From an uncultured bacterium (GTDB taxonomy: Bacteria; Eisenbacteria; RBG-16-71-46; CAIMUX01; WJJG01), in assembly GCA_964585945.1 (NCBI GenBank), contig CAZPGB010000032.1, positions 3,980 to 67,979 of the forward strand: a DNA stretch of 64,000 bases, in the 5' to 3' direction. The notes below the pieces were generated by a model. The model had not been told where the DNA came from. It was given only the letters and a program-made list of their open reading frames with translations, and did no database searches. Positions 36,808 through 46,381 of the stretch are shown piece by piece. The position numbers and the translations under genes are program-made. Every line of letters starts with the position of its first letter. The stretch's first letter is position 1.

Positions 36808-37423
36808 TACAAGGCCTCCTCAATGAACGATGCGACATTGCATCACTGAGTCTGTTTCACCTCCGGATCCAAAGCCACACAACCGGATTGGGAAACCTCA
36901 CTCGAGCGTGGATGTAACGCGCCGCTCGCTTTTGGTTCCAGGGAATCGCTGCACACCCCTGCTTCCCTCCCAAGCGGTCAGGATTAGTCGGTGACTGCAA
37001 CATTCATGCCCTGCATGAGCGTTCTATCGCTTGCGAGTCGGATGCTCAGGTTGAAGGCTTCGGCCGTGGGGTAGTTCTCCGTAGCAGACGCAGCACCAGC
37101 TGAGCTTGGCCGCTCCGGCATTTCGGAATGTCTTGGCTACAGAACGCAGTAACTTTGATTTCGAATGCGTCTTGCGAGTCCTTGGCGATCGTCTTGGTCA
37201 TGGCTGTTCCAGCAGCAGACCGGGCTTGCGGAAGAAGTCGGCTGGTCCCGTCAGCTTGTTGCTCGGCAATCCGGCAGCCTCACTTTCATGCCAAGGTCCG
37301 ACCAGGAGCGAGTCTGCCGGAGGATGGTGCGAATGCGTTGACGAGACTGCTCAGCATGACGTGTGCTGTCCCGTCAGCGCCGCGACGCGTTGCGTTAAGC
37401 CTTGACTTGGCGCGCAGGGGGAT

Positions 37424-39538
37424 CTATTTCAGCTGGGCGATCACATAGATCGTCGTGGCCAACGTCGCCGCGATCGTGGTTGCATCCTTGATCGTCTTGC
37501 CCCAGTCGATGGGCTCCTTGTCTTCCGCGACGGCGACGACGATCTGGTCCCCGGGCTCGACCCGCGGATCGCGCCACAGCCAGCGACTGGCGGGCGTCAG
37601 CTCCCCCGTGACGCGCACGATGCGGATGCGGTCCCCGTCCGCCTTCTCCGTCAGGCCGCCGGTCTTCTCGATGTAGTAGCTCGCCGTCTTGCCGGGCTCG
37701 TGGATCAGCATGCCCGGCACAGCGACCGCACCGGTCACTTTGACCGTCTCGGGGCGTCGGGGCACATAGATCGAATCCCCATCGGCCAGCTCGACGTTCT
37801 CCTTGGACGTTGAATCCTCCAGGATGCGGCTGAAGTTCACGATCAGCCGGCCCTCCTTCTCGCGGATGAGCCGCGCGCCCAGCGGGTAGGCCTCGTCGGT
37901 TAGACCGCCGGCGCGGCGGATGACATCGGCCACCCGTTCGGTGGCGGAGCGAAGGCCATACTTGCCGGGGAACATCACTTCCCCGACGAGCGTGATCACG
38001 CCCGGCTTCTCCCAGCCGGGGGCCCCGCGCACGAAGAGCTTGTCCCCTCGCCTCAGCAGCGCATTGCTGGGGTCGTCGGGATCGGACAGCAGCCGGCTCA
38101 ACGGCAACGTGATCAGCTCGACCTCGGCGCGCTCGGGTCCGGGCCCCGGCTCCTGCTGCCGGACGAGCTCGCACTGTTCAACGTACGCCCCTTCAGTTGT
38201 ACCTCCAGCGCGGAACAGTAGGTCGCCAGCGCGCATTCCGGGCACGAGCCGATACATACCGGGGCGCTGAACGTAGCCGTGAACCTCGACGAATTCCTTG
38301 GGACGCACCTGATGAATCGAGAAGACATGCACCTCATCACCACCCAAGAGGGTGATGTTCTCGCTGGGGTTGGTCCAGGCGATCTTGTACAGTTGGTCGC
38401 CAGTGAGTTCGCTGTGGCGGTCCACGGCGATCGCCTCTACGTGGGCCATCGAGGTCAAACCGCCTGTTATCGGAATGACTTCACGCAGCGTCTCTCCCGG
38501 AAGGATCTCGTAGATCCCCGGCCGTCGCACTTCCCCATCCACGCGCACCGTGCTGCCAAGCGGGTGCACGTGGATGACGTCGCCGCTCTGAAGCATGGGG
38601 TCCATGTTGCGGTCGCCGTGGATCAAGAAGTCGTACAGGTCGAGCTCCTGCAGCGGCGCTCCGCGACGCGACAGAGTGATTCGGCGCAGCGAGCCCTTGA
38701 GCGTGGGGCCCTCGGCGCGGTAGAGCGCGGTGAAGACGGTGGAGAGCGCACCCAGTGTGTAGTTGCCGGGCTTGCGCACGTCCCCCGAGACGTAGATCTG
38801 AATGGTGCGCACCTCGCCCACGGAGACGGTGATCAGGAGGTCCTTGTAGACCTGCTGGAACAGCTCGGTGAGCTCGATCCGCGCGGCGGCGAGGGTCTTG
38901 CCCGCCAGGGTGACGGCGCCGATGTCGGGCAGCACCAGCCGCCCCTCCCGATCGATCACCCGAGCGTACCGCTGTTCGATGCTGCCCCACGTGGTGATGA
39001 GGATCTGATCGCCGACCCCCAACACGTAGTCCGGGCCCACCGCGATGTCGGTGGGGATCTCCTCGAACTCCCGGAGGTGACGGAAGATTTCGTATCCGAA
39101 GGGCTTGAGCAGTGTCGGCCGGTAGTCCTCGGGAAGCTCTTCCTCCGGAAACAGGGGCAGTTCCTCGAGCGGACGGGGCTCTGCGGGCGGGCGTTTCGCC
39201 TCCGGCGGTCGCCGGGCGCCCGTGGGCGGGGTCGTGGGCCTGGTGGGCTCGATGGCCCCTTCGGGACGCAGCAGCTCGGTCAGGAGCTTCAGGTCGCGCT
39301 CCTGGAAGAGCCGGTCCTCCGGCAGGCGGGAGAGGAACTCGTCGACCACCTCCTCGGGAACGCCGTTGAGGATCAGAACCTCCCGGGCTTCCTCCATCGT
39401 GTAGGGGCGGGGTTCTTCCTCGGTCACCGGTGATCGCGCCTCCGGGTCGATCTGAAGCTGCCCGACGGCCGGCAGCGCAGACAGCAGGAGCAATCCCAGC
39501 CCGAGGATCCACGCCCGCTGGATCCGGTGAGGAATCAT
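37424..39538 (-). CDS. Outer-membrane polysaccharide export protein (Wza/OPX family) with multiple SLBB domains
   Basis: GGGAGAGAGG lies before the ATG at 39536-39538, followed by the signal MIPHRIQRAWILGLGLLLLSALPAVG. Poly_export motif YVLGVGDQILITTWG...VIDREGRLVLPDIGAVTLAGKT. Repeated SLBB-like units are present (VYVSGDVRKPGNY, VRVDGEVRRPGIYEI, VEVHGYVQRPGMYRL, ITLVGEVMFPGKYGL, VKVTGAVAVPGM). The C-terminal helix is TIAATLATTIYVIAQLK. Confidence 0.85.
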   Translation of the reverse strand: MIPHRIQRAWILGLGLLLLSALPAVGQLQIDPEARSPVTEEEPRPYTMEEAREVLILNGVPEEVVDEFLSRLPEDRLFQERDLKLLTELLRPEGAIEPTRPTTPPTGARRPPEAKRPPAEPRPLEELPLFPEEELPEDYRPTLLKPFGYEIFRHLREFEEIPTDIAVGPDYVLGVGDQILITTWGSIEQRYARVIDREGRLVLPDIGAVTLAGKTLAAARIELTELFQQVYKDLLITVSVGEVRTIQIYVSGDVRKPGNYTLGALSTVFTALYRAEGPTLKGSLRRITLSRRGAPLQELDLYDFLIHGDRNMDPMLQSGDVIHVHPLGSTVRVDGEVRRPGIYEILPGETLREVIPITGGLTSMAHVEAIAVDRHSELTGDQLYKIAWTNPSENITLLGGDEVHVFSIHQVRPKEFVEVHGYVQRPGMYRLVPGMRAGDLLFRAGGTTEGAYVEQCELVRQQEPGPGPERAEVELITLPLSRLLSDPDDPSNALLRRGDKLFVRGAPGWEKPGVITLVGEVMFPGKYGLRSATERVADVIRRAGGLTDEAYPLGARLIREKEGRLIVNFSRILEDSTSKENVELADGDSIYVPRRPETVKVTGAVAVPGMLIHEPGKTASYYIEKTGGLTEKADGDRIRIVRVTGELTPASRWLWRDPRVEPGDQIVVAVAEDKEPIDWGKTIKDATTIAATLATTIYVIAQLK

Positions 39539-39741
39539 GGCCTCTCTCCCTGGCTGAGCCTCGCGGCCCGTTGATCGCATGGATCGGATAGTCGACACGA
39601 CGTGGCAGTCTAAGGCCACCGCCGCCCGACCCGCAAGGTACGGTTTGGGCGGCCGATCCGCTATCGGCACACCCCCATCGGGCGCTCTGCAAAGCCCGGT
39701 GTGGTCGTCGGCGGCAGTGGGTGACCCGGTCCTTGCCTGGG

Positions 39742-42700
39742 TCAGAGCCCCGGGATCACGACCAACCGCTCGACGGCATGGTCACCGCCCGCCTCGAGGT
39801 AGAGGAAGTAGACGCCGGCCGGAAGCCTGCGTCCCGCGCGGTCCACGCCGCTCCACGCGAGCGGGTGCTCCCCGGGTGCGAAAGCGCGATCGGCCAAGGT
39901 CGCGATGCGACGTCCGGCGACGTCACAGAGCAGGACGCGGGCATGCCCGCCCTCGCGCAGGTAGAATGTGAGCGTGGTCTCGGCGCGGATCGGATTGGGG
40001 ACCGGCGGCACCCACTGGCAGAGCCCCCCGCTGTCACCGGCGAACAGGGCTGTCAGCGCATAGTCCTCCGTGGGCGCGATCTCGACGGTAAGATCGGACG
40101 TCAGCGTGCTGTCCGACCATCCACGGAACCGATAGCCGTTCTCGGGCTCGACGGTCAGCTCGATGGGCACGCCACGGAAGTAGATCCCGCTCCAGGCGTC
40201 GTCGACCCGTAGGGCCGTGAGGCAAATCGACCCGGCCCCCGGCGGCGAGATGTCCAGTGATAGCCGCAGCGTGTCCTCCAGCCCGAACTGTCCCATCAGA
40301 TGCGCCCGCGCGTGAGCCGGCCGCCGGCGCAGGAACTCTTCGACGGCGGCGACCTCGCGTGCCCAGATGCCGACGTCGTAGCCCCAGCGGTCCATGTGCC
40401 GCGGGATCTCCTCCTCGATGCCGCCCGCGAGCTCTTCCACCACAGCCACCGTCTGTTCCGGATGGAACACGCCGTTCAGGCAGTCCGCATAGCGGTTGAT
40501 GAAGTCGCGCCGAAAGGCAGCGTTCTCCAAGAGCTTGCGCGCCAGGAACGTCGACCAGGGCGCGTTGCGCCACTCGGGGCTGTCCGGCTCGAGCGCGTGG
40601 GCAAGCGTGTTGTGCATATAGCGATTCGGGTTCATCCCCAAGCCCATCTCGGTGTCGAAGAGAATCCAGCGCCATCGGCCGGCCCCGGTGCGCGGGCGCC
40701 AGTACCGCAGGTTGTGACCCGGCCAATCGGTGTTGGCGTAGAAGATGCGCGTGATGTAGTAGGCGGCGAAGTTCTCGACATCCATCATCTCCGCCACTTG
40801 CGCGAAGGTGTCGTCGTTCGAAAGATCGTGGCTGCGCAGAAACGCAAGGAGGGCCTCGTAGTGCTCGGCGTCGCCCTCCATCACCTCCTGGCGCCCCTCG
40901 AGCATGTCGATCTCCTCCGGGTCGATCCCCAGGTGGTCTTCCAGGTAGAAGCGATCGATCTTCTCGCGGATGTTGTACAAGCCCCAGTACGTGCCGTTGA
41001 GGTACACGCGCGCCGGCCGATAGGCTTGGGTTTCGAGTCCCAGGGACTGTACCAGACGGTGCGCCAGACCGTCGCGCAGCATGGAGCGGCACCAATCGTT
41101 GCCCGCGTTGCGCAGCACCAACCGCTCGAAGTTCGTCACCTCTAGATCGGGGAAAACGGGATACGCAATGGCATCGGCGCCGTACCCTCCGCGCGCGATC
41201 AACCGCAGCGACTTCTGGGGGAACGTGCGCGTGATGCCTCCGTGGATCTTGAGGCCCAAATCCTGGCGAAACCCCTGGCCCAACGGGTCGTGGAGCTCCA
41301 CATGGACAGGCCGTTCCCAATCCATCCAGAAGTTGGCGTTGTAATAGGGATGGACGGGCCAGGCATGGGGGCCCCGGACGTAGATTCCTTGCTCATCATC
41401 CCACAGATTGGGTGGGTCGGTGACGAGGCAGACGACCGGCAGGTGGGGCTGATCCTCCAAGATGTAGGTATGGGAGGCGATCGGGCTGGGCTGGTAGCCC
41501 GATCGAAACGCGCGGGCCCGCAGCACCGTGGTCTCCTCGATCTCGATGGGCCCGGCGTACTCGGGCGATGAAGCCAGCGGCTCGCCGGCGTCGAGGGTGT
41601 AGGTCACGCGCGTGTCGGGTGATGGATCCGCAATCGATACGGCCAGCGGGCCGTCATGGAAACCGCCTGGAGGCGAGACCGAGGGCTCGGCCAGCCAGGC
41701 CTGCGGCGTGCCGGCGCCGTTGGGGGTCTCCGGCGTCGGTTGGGCGAAGTAGTGCCAGTCGGGTCCGCCGTCGAGGCTGCGGCCGCGGGAGCGGTCGGCC
41801 GTCATCGCGCCTGTCTCGACACGGTCCAGGAGCGTGCCCGCCGCGTCGTGCAGCACCAGTGTCTCGCCGTCCGCGTCGATCTTGAAGCTCGCGTGCAGGT
41901 GCGGCACCCAGAAGCGCACGACTTCGGACACTCCGCGGGAATCTCCCGGGGGCTCCTCCATGCCCAGAGACAGGATGGGAATCAGCGTCAGGTCGGTGTC
42001 TTCGGGTCCGTAGTTGTGGACCTGGATCGCCAGCACGTTCTCGCCGGCCTGCAGCGGCAGCTCTTCGGGAGGGAAGAGGATCGTTTCGGGGACCAGGTCG
42101 CGAAAGAGCTCGGCCTCGTGGTAGGTCGATGCTTCCATGTTCCAGGGCGGCGGCACGCCCGGTGTGCCCACCAGCCTGCGGGTGATCTCGACGCCGTTGA
42201 GCCAGGCCACGAAGCCGTCATCGAAGTCGATGTGCAGGCAGACGAGCTTCACGAGCTCGGGATCGTCCAGCGTGAAGCGGCGGCGCGCGCTCAATGAGAT
42301 GCAGGGAGGCACCATGGTGGCGTCATCGTTGTCGCCATAGCCCAGGCCACTCGGGCCCTCGTCCCAGCCGGAGTCGTCGAACGCGAGCTCGCGCCACTCG
42401 GACGGCGGGGCGGAGGTGTTGACCCGGTAGCGCCATCGATCCCCGCGGTCGATCACCGACTCCCAGTGCGGAGCGGCAACCTTGCGGTCCTTGCCCGAGG
42501 CGAAGATCAGGAGGTGCCCTCCCGGGCGAAGGAGCAGCTCCGGAAATACCCACTCGCCGGGCGTATCCTCGCGGTCGGAGAGGCCGTAGCCGTCCAGGTC
42601 GACGGTCTGAGCGCCCCGATTGTAGAGTTCCAGCCAGTCCGGGGTGTCACCGTCGCCGTCGGTCAGATTGTGGACGTTCGCGGATAGGTACTCGTTGATG

Positions 42701-42834
42701 ACGACCGATGCCCCGGCTACGGAGAGACCGAACAGCAGGCACGCGAGCACGAGCGTGCGCGCGGTCCACAGGCAATCCGCGTGGCTCGGCAAGCCGCTGC
42801 TCCGGCGTCGATCGAATCGGTCTGCCCCGTTCAT
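39742..42834 (-). CDS. Secreted lamin-tail-domain + CotH kinase-family protein with a FlgD-Ig/T9SS-like C-terminal domain
   Basis: LTD motif VVINEYLSAN...PDWLELYNRGAQTVDLDGYGLSD. CotH core LGLKIHGGITRTFPQKSLRLIARGGYG...LVLRNAGNDW...RPARVYLNGTYWGLYNIREKID. C-terminus ...AGVYFLYLEAGGDHAVERLVVIPGL. Confidence 0.85.
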   Translation of the reverse strand: MNGADRFDRRRSSGLPSHADCLWTARTLVLACLLFGLSVAGASVVINEYLSANVHNLTDGDGDTPDWLELYNRGAQTVDLDGYGLSDREDTPGEWVFPELLLRPGGHLLIFASGKDRKVAAPHWESVIDRGDRWRYRVNTSAPPSEWRELAFDDSGWDEGPSGLGYGDNDDATMVPPCISLSARRRFTLDDPELVKLVCLHIDFDDGFVAWLNGVEITRRLVGTPGVPPPWNMEASTYHEAELFRDLVPETILFPPEELPLQAGENVLAIQVHNYGPEDTDLTLIPILSLGMEEPPGDSRGVSEVVRFWVPHLHASFKIDADGETLVLHDAAGTLLDRVETGAMTADRSRGRSLDGGPDWHYFAQPTPETPNGAGTPQAWLAEPSVSPPGGFHDGPLAVSIADPSPDTRVTYTLDAGEPLASSPEYAGPIEIEETTVLRARAFRSGYQPSPIASHTYILEDQPHLPVVCLVTDPPNLWDDEQGIYVRGPHAWPVHPYYNANFWMDWERPVHVELHDPLGQGFRQDLGLKIHGGITRTFPQKSLRLIARGGYGADAIAYPVFPDLEVTNFERLVLRNAGNDWCRSMLRDGLAHRLVQSLGLETQAYRPARVYLNGTYWGLYNIREKIDRFYLEDHLGIDPEEIDMLEGRQEVMEGDAEHYEALLAFLRSHDLSNDDTFAQVAEMMDVENFAAYYITRIFYANTDWPGHNLRYWRPRTGAGRWRWILFDTEMGLGMNPNRYMHNTLAHALEPDSPEWRNAPWSTFLARKLLENAAFRRDFINRYADCLNGVFHPEQTVAVVEELAGGIEEEIPRHMDRWGYDVGIWAREVAAVEEFLRRRPAHARAHLMGQFGLEDTLRLSLDISPPGAGSICLTALRVDDAWSGIYFRGVPIELTVEPENGYRFRGWSDSTLTSDLTVEIAPTEDYALTALFAGDSGGLCQWVPPVPNPIRAETTLTFYLREGGHARVLLCDVAGRRIATLADRAFAPGEHPLAWSGVDRAGRRLPAGVYFLYLEAGGDHAVERLVVIPGL

Positions 42835-43171
42835 TCAGAATCCCCGTGCCGCATTTCCAGGTTTCGGCAACCAGGATACGCGATGTATCCCGATTGCGTA
42901 AGGGTTGCGGATGTTGGCAGGGGGCCTCGTCGCCCAGCCACACGTCCTCCCGACCTCCCGGCCTGCGCCGGTCCTACAAGCCCCGTTTGAGAACGAAGCT
43001 GCGCTGAAATCACGTGCCGTTTGCGCTTGAATGCCGACTCCGACTCGGGATATTCATGGCAGGGTCTAGGAAGAGACTTCTGTGCAGTCTGTAGGCCGAA
43101 GCAATCAGTCAGCCAATCGTTGGCTCGCGGAGCGTCAAGCTCAACCGAGGGCTCGTCTGCAGAGCAGGGGG

Positions 43172-44341
43172 ATGATGGTGACACCCAATCGGGAGCAGGA
43201 TCCGTGTTCACCGAGCCCCCCGGGCATGGTCGTGATCCCCTCGACACTCGATCGCACCCGCCAAGGCATTGGAGGGATTGCCGCCTTTGTCCAAGCATTG
43301 GAGCCCCGTCTCCGTGACCGGGGATTGAAGGTAACCCTTCTCGGACGCGGGAGCGACCCCACATCCACCCGTCGAGAGCTCGATGAGTTCATCCCCGTGA
43401 TGAAGGACTCTCAGGTTCAGGGTAGAGACCTCACCTATGCCTTGTGGCGACGCCGCAATACGTGGAGCTTTCCCGGCGATGCAATCATTCATGTGCAGCG
43501 GCCCGATCAGGCGTTGGGGTTTCCGGCCGAACGCTGGCCGATCGTGATCACGTTTCATGGACGCCACATGCGCTCTTGGCGATTGCGGTGGGGCGCTTTG
43601 GCGGGATGGGTGTATCGAAGGATCGAGCGATCCGGTGGCAACAAGGCCGCAGCGCTGATCTTCGTGTCGCGTTCCGATATGGCCAGCGTCCTTGAAAGGA
43701 ACCCTGAGTGGAGGCCAAAGGCCCATCACGTTCCTGTCGCTGTTGATCTCGATGCGTTTGTGCCGGGTGATCGCAATGTGGCCCGGAGCACCTTGGGTCT
43801 TCCGCCGAGCGCATCTGCCGTTGCGTGGGCGGGACGCATCGAGCGGGAGAAGGGCCTTCCGAATCTGATCCAGGCCGTATCCCAGCTCCCAGATTGCCAC
43901 CTGTGGATTGCCGGTTCCGGTAGCAATGTGGACACGTGCCGGAGGTTGGCCGGGGAACGTGTCCGTTTCCTTGGACCTCTCGACCGTCGCGAAATGGTCT
44001 TACTGCTTCAGGCGGCTCACGTGGTGGGTCTGGCGTCGGAATACGAGGGTCTACCGACCGCGATTCTGGAAGCCTGGGCATGCGGACGGCCGGTCGTTGC
44101 TCCCCCGGTTGGAGATGTCTCCCAGCTTCTAGCCAGCGGCGGCGGGGTCCTCGTTCCCGACAATCGTCCCGAAAGTCTTGCCCAGGGCATTCGAGACGCA
44201 CTGGCCACGACAGAGTCCGAGGCCGAATTGAGGGCCCGGAGTCGTCCCTTTGGTTGGGATGCGGTCCTGGACCAGCTCCTGGGAGTCTACCGCCAAGCAG
44301 TTGCCCAGCACGCGGCGACAAGCGCGCGGCGTCCCGAATAG
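43172..44341 (+). CDS. GT4-family glycosyltransferase
   Basis: AWAGRIEREKGLPNLIQAV, RFLGPL, ASEYEGLPTAILEAWACGRPVVAPPVGD (the E-x7-E region). The start is uncertain: the ATG at 43172/43175 or at 43226 (MVVIPSTL). Confidence 0.8.
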   Translation: MMVTPNREQDPCSPSPPGMVVIPSTLDRTRQGIGGIAAFVQALEPRLRDRGLKVTLLGRGSDPTSTRRELDEFIPVMKDSQVQGRDLTYALWRRRNTWSFPGDAIIHVQRPDQALGFPAERWPIVITFHGRHMRSWRLRWGALAGWVYRRIERSGGNKAAALIFVSRSDMASVLERNPEWRPKAHHVPVAVDLDAFVPGDRNVARSTLGLPPSASAVAWAGRIEREKGLPNLIQAVSQLPDCHLWIAGSGSNVDTCRRLAGERVRFLGPLDRREMVLLLQAAHVVGLASEYEGLPTAILEAWACGRPVVAPPVGDVSQLLASGGGVLVPDNRPESLAQGIRDALATTESEAELRARSRPFGWDAVLDQLLGVYRQAVAQHAATSARRPE

Positions 44342-44441
44342 GAACCATGAACGTCGCTGTACCTCACGCTCTCGCAGATCTCGACTGAAGAGGCGAGGGG
44401 GCATTTCCCTGGCTGTGCCGTCTCGCGGAATACGCTGGCGG

Positions 44442-45671
44442 TCAGGACGATGACTCCGACCCGCCCCCCGCCAGCCGCTCCAGCAACGCGACGTACGTCT
44501 GCTTGTGCGTCGACCAGGCGTACTGCCGGAAGAAGGTCTCCCGCGCCTGCAGCGTCAGCGCGGCCGCATCGGCGTAGTTCTCGCGCACCCAGGCGATCTT
44601 CGCCGCCACGCCCTCGGGAGAGGAGTCTTCCAAGTAGAGCGGATGACGGTCGCCGAAATAGTGGCGCACGGTGCGCGTGGGCGTGCAGATCACGGGAATG
44701 CCCAGGGCGAGGTACTCGAGCAGCTTCGTCGGCAGCATGTAGTCGGTGCTGATCACCTCGCGCGTGGGAATCACCGCCAGGTGCGCGGTCTGCAGCACGG
44801 GAACGATCTCTTCGATGGGGCGGTAGGCCTGCGAGAAGTAGACCCGCTCCCCAAGTCCCAGCCGCTTCACCTGCTCCAGCAGGGCCGCCAGATGATCCCC
44901 CTCGCCCAGGATGGAGAGGCGGATCCCCGGCCAGTCGCCGGTCAGCTTGTCAACGGCGCCGATCGCCCGGTCGAGACCGTGGCGGTGCGCGACCGTGCCG
45001 TGATAGACGAGGTGGAAATCCGCGCCGGGATCGTCAGGGAGCGGGAGCGGCTCCCGGCGCATGATCTCGGGCCGGAAGACCGACTCGTCGGGCAGGTTCA
45101 GGAGCACGGCGATCTTCTCGGCGGGAATGCCATGCTCGGCCAACAGCTTCGCCTTCGGGTGCTCGGCCGTCAAGACGACGTGCGCCAGGCGAGCCGATGC
45201 CACTTCGATGGTTCGCACCAGCGAGGGCTTCCAATGTGAGGCCGGCAAATCGAACTTGGTCATGTAGAGCTCGGGCATGACATCGTGAATATCGAGGATG
45301 ATCTTGGCGCCCAGGATCCGCGGCCAGAGTCCCGCGAGCACCATGAAGTCGGGCATGGTGTTGATGTGCACGATGCGAAAGCGCCACCGGAGCTGCCCGG
45401 CGAGCAGAGCAGCCTTGGCGAGCACCAGGAAGCGGAGGTAGCTCATCATGTAGACGGAAGCGCTGTTGCCGCGATAGCGCTGCAGGGGGAGTTGGTGCAG
45501 GTGAATGCCATCGCAGCTCACGGTGCGGCGGCGTCCATCCTGCGATAGGGCGTAGAAGTGGACGTCCCAGCCGGCTTCGGCGGCCACGGAGGCCTCGCGG
45601 CGGCAGCGCGGGTCCGACTCATAGTGCGTGTAGGCGACCATCGCGATGGATGGGGATCTATCCGCGGGCAT
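44442..45671 (-). CDS. GT4-family glycosyltransferase (WbuB-like)
   Basis: SIAMVAYTHYESDPR, LVYHGTVAHRHGLD, LSILGEGD, VIPTREVISTDYMLPTKLLEYLALGIPVI. I chose the start MPADRS (AGGTGG 4 nt upstream). In-frame alternatives extend up to 45722. Confidence 0.8.
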   Translation of the reverse strand: MPADRSPSIAMVAYTHYESDPRCRREASVAAEAGWDVHFYALSQDGRRRTVSCDGIHLHQLPLQRYRGNSASVYMMSYLRFLVLAKAALLAGQLRWRFRIVHINTMPDFMVLAGLWPRILGAKIILDIHDVMPELYMTKFDLPASHWKPSLVRTIEVASARLAHVVLTAEHPKAKLLAEHGIPAEKIAVLLNLPDESVFRPEIMRREPLPLPDDPGADFHLVYHGTVAHRHGLDRAIGAVDKLTGDWPGIRLSILGEGDHLAALLEQVKRLGLGERVYFSQAYRPIEEIVPVLQTAHLAVIPTREVISTDYMLPTKLLEYLALGIPVICTPTRTVRHYFGDRHPLYLEDSSPEGVAAKIAWVRENYADAAALTLQARETFFRQYAWSTHKQTYVALLERLAGGGSESSS

Positions 45672-46089
45672 CACGCCACCTGCCATGGCGCCTCTCATGG
45701 TTCGCGTGGACCAGGAATCCACGCGAGTCCGGCGCCGCTTTCTTCGCCTTGTGCTTCCTGCCGATCTGCCCTTTCACCCTCCGGCTCGATCCGGGACGGC
45801 CGAGGATTACCCCCGGGGGGACCGGGGGTCAAGCCGGTATGGAGCGGGCGGGGAGCGCGGGCGCGGCGTGGCTTTCTCGTCCGCGGCCGGCCGCGGGGCG
45901 TCCGCCAGACCGGAGGGGATCGTCCCGGGTCCGTGGGACTGTCGGCGGTTCTTCCGGGGGACCGATGCTGGCGGCCGGCTCACTTCCCGGGAACGGCGAG
46001 GGTGTTGGTTGCATCGTCTCCGAAGACGGATATGCTGGCGCCCTGTGGGAGTGCCCGTGGGTGGAGGCTCGAGAAAAGGGAGAAGCCGC

Positions 46090-46299
46090 ATGAACAAGCC
46101 GTCCGTGGTCATAGGGGCGATCATCATCGTCAACGCCTGCCTGTGGGGCTTTGCCATGATCATGTCTTCCTATACCTTGAAAGGAACGGGCGCCTACCAG
46201 GAGATCCAGCACATTCTGGGCGGGTGCGCAGGCGTGTCTTTGGTGGTCGTGGGCGGTGGTCTCGCGGGTGTGGCGAAGATGATGAAGTCGAAGGAATAG
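46090..46299 (+). CDS. Small two-TM membrane protein (69 aa), hypothetical
   Basis: AAGGGAGAAG lies before the ATG at 46090. The sequence is MNKPSVVIGAIIIVNACLWGFAMIM...GGCAGVSLVVVGGGLAGVAKMMKSKE. The upstream part of the 217-aa track ORF is Arg/Gly junk. Confidence 0.45.
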   Translation: MNKPSVVIGAIIIVNACLWGFAMIMSSYTLKGTGAYQEIQHILGGCAGVSLVVVGGGLAGVAKMMKSKE

Positions 46300-46381
46300 C
46301 TCCGGTCCCTCGTCTCCGGCGCAGGACAGGCCATCGCCCGGGCGATCGACACCCGGGCGATCGCGTGCCCACCACCCAGTC

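Noticed and set aside
36808-37423. Possible small genes in the lower-GC spacer (for example, minus-strand MTKTIAKDSQDAFEIKVTAF... at ~37210)
   Set aside because: The frames break after 20-50 codons and I recognise no family. It may be another remnant, but I cannot support a call.
45646-46089. Upstream 148 codons of the 217-aa ORF (45646-46299)
   Set aside because: The sequence is Arg/Gly/Pro-rich and non-protein-like. A good SD plus ATG at 46090 starts the only plausible part, a 69-aa two-TM protein.
46333-46346. Palindrome ATCGCCCGGGCGAT (plus a direct repeat of cccgggcgatcg) as a bidirectional terminator between convergent genes
   Set aside because: It is a perfect palindrome without a loop and without a U-tract on either side, which is not enough to call a terminator.
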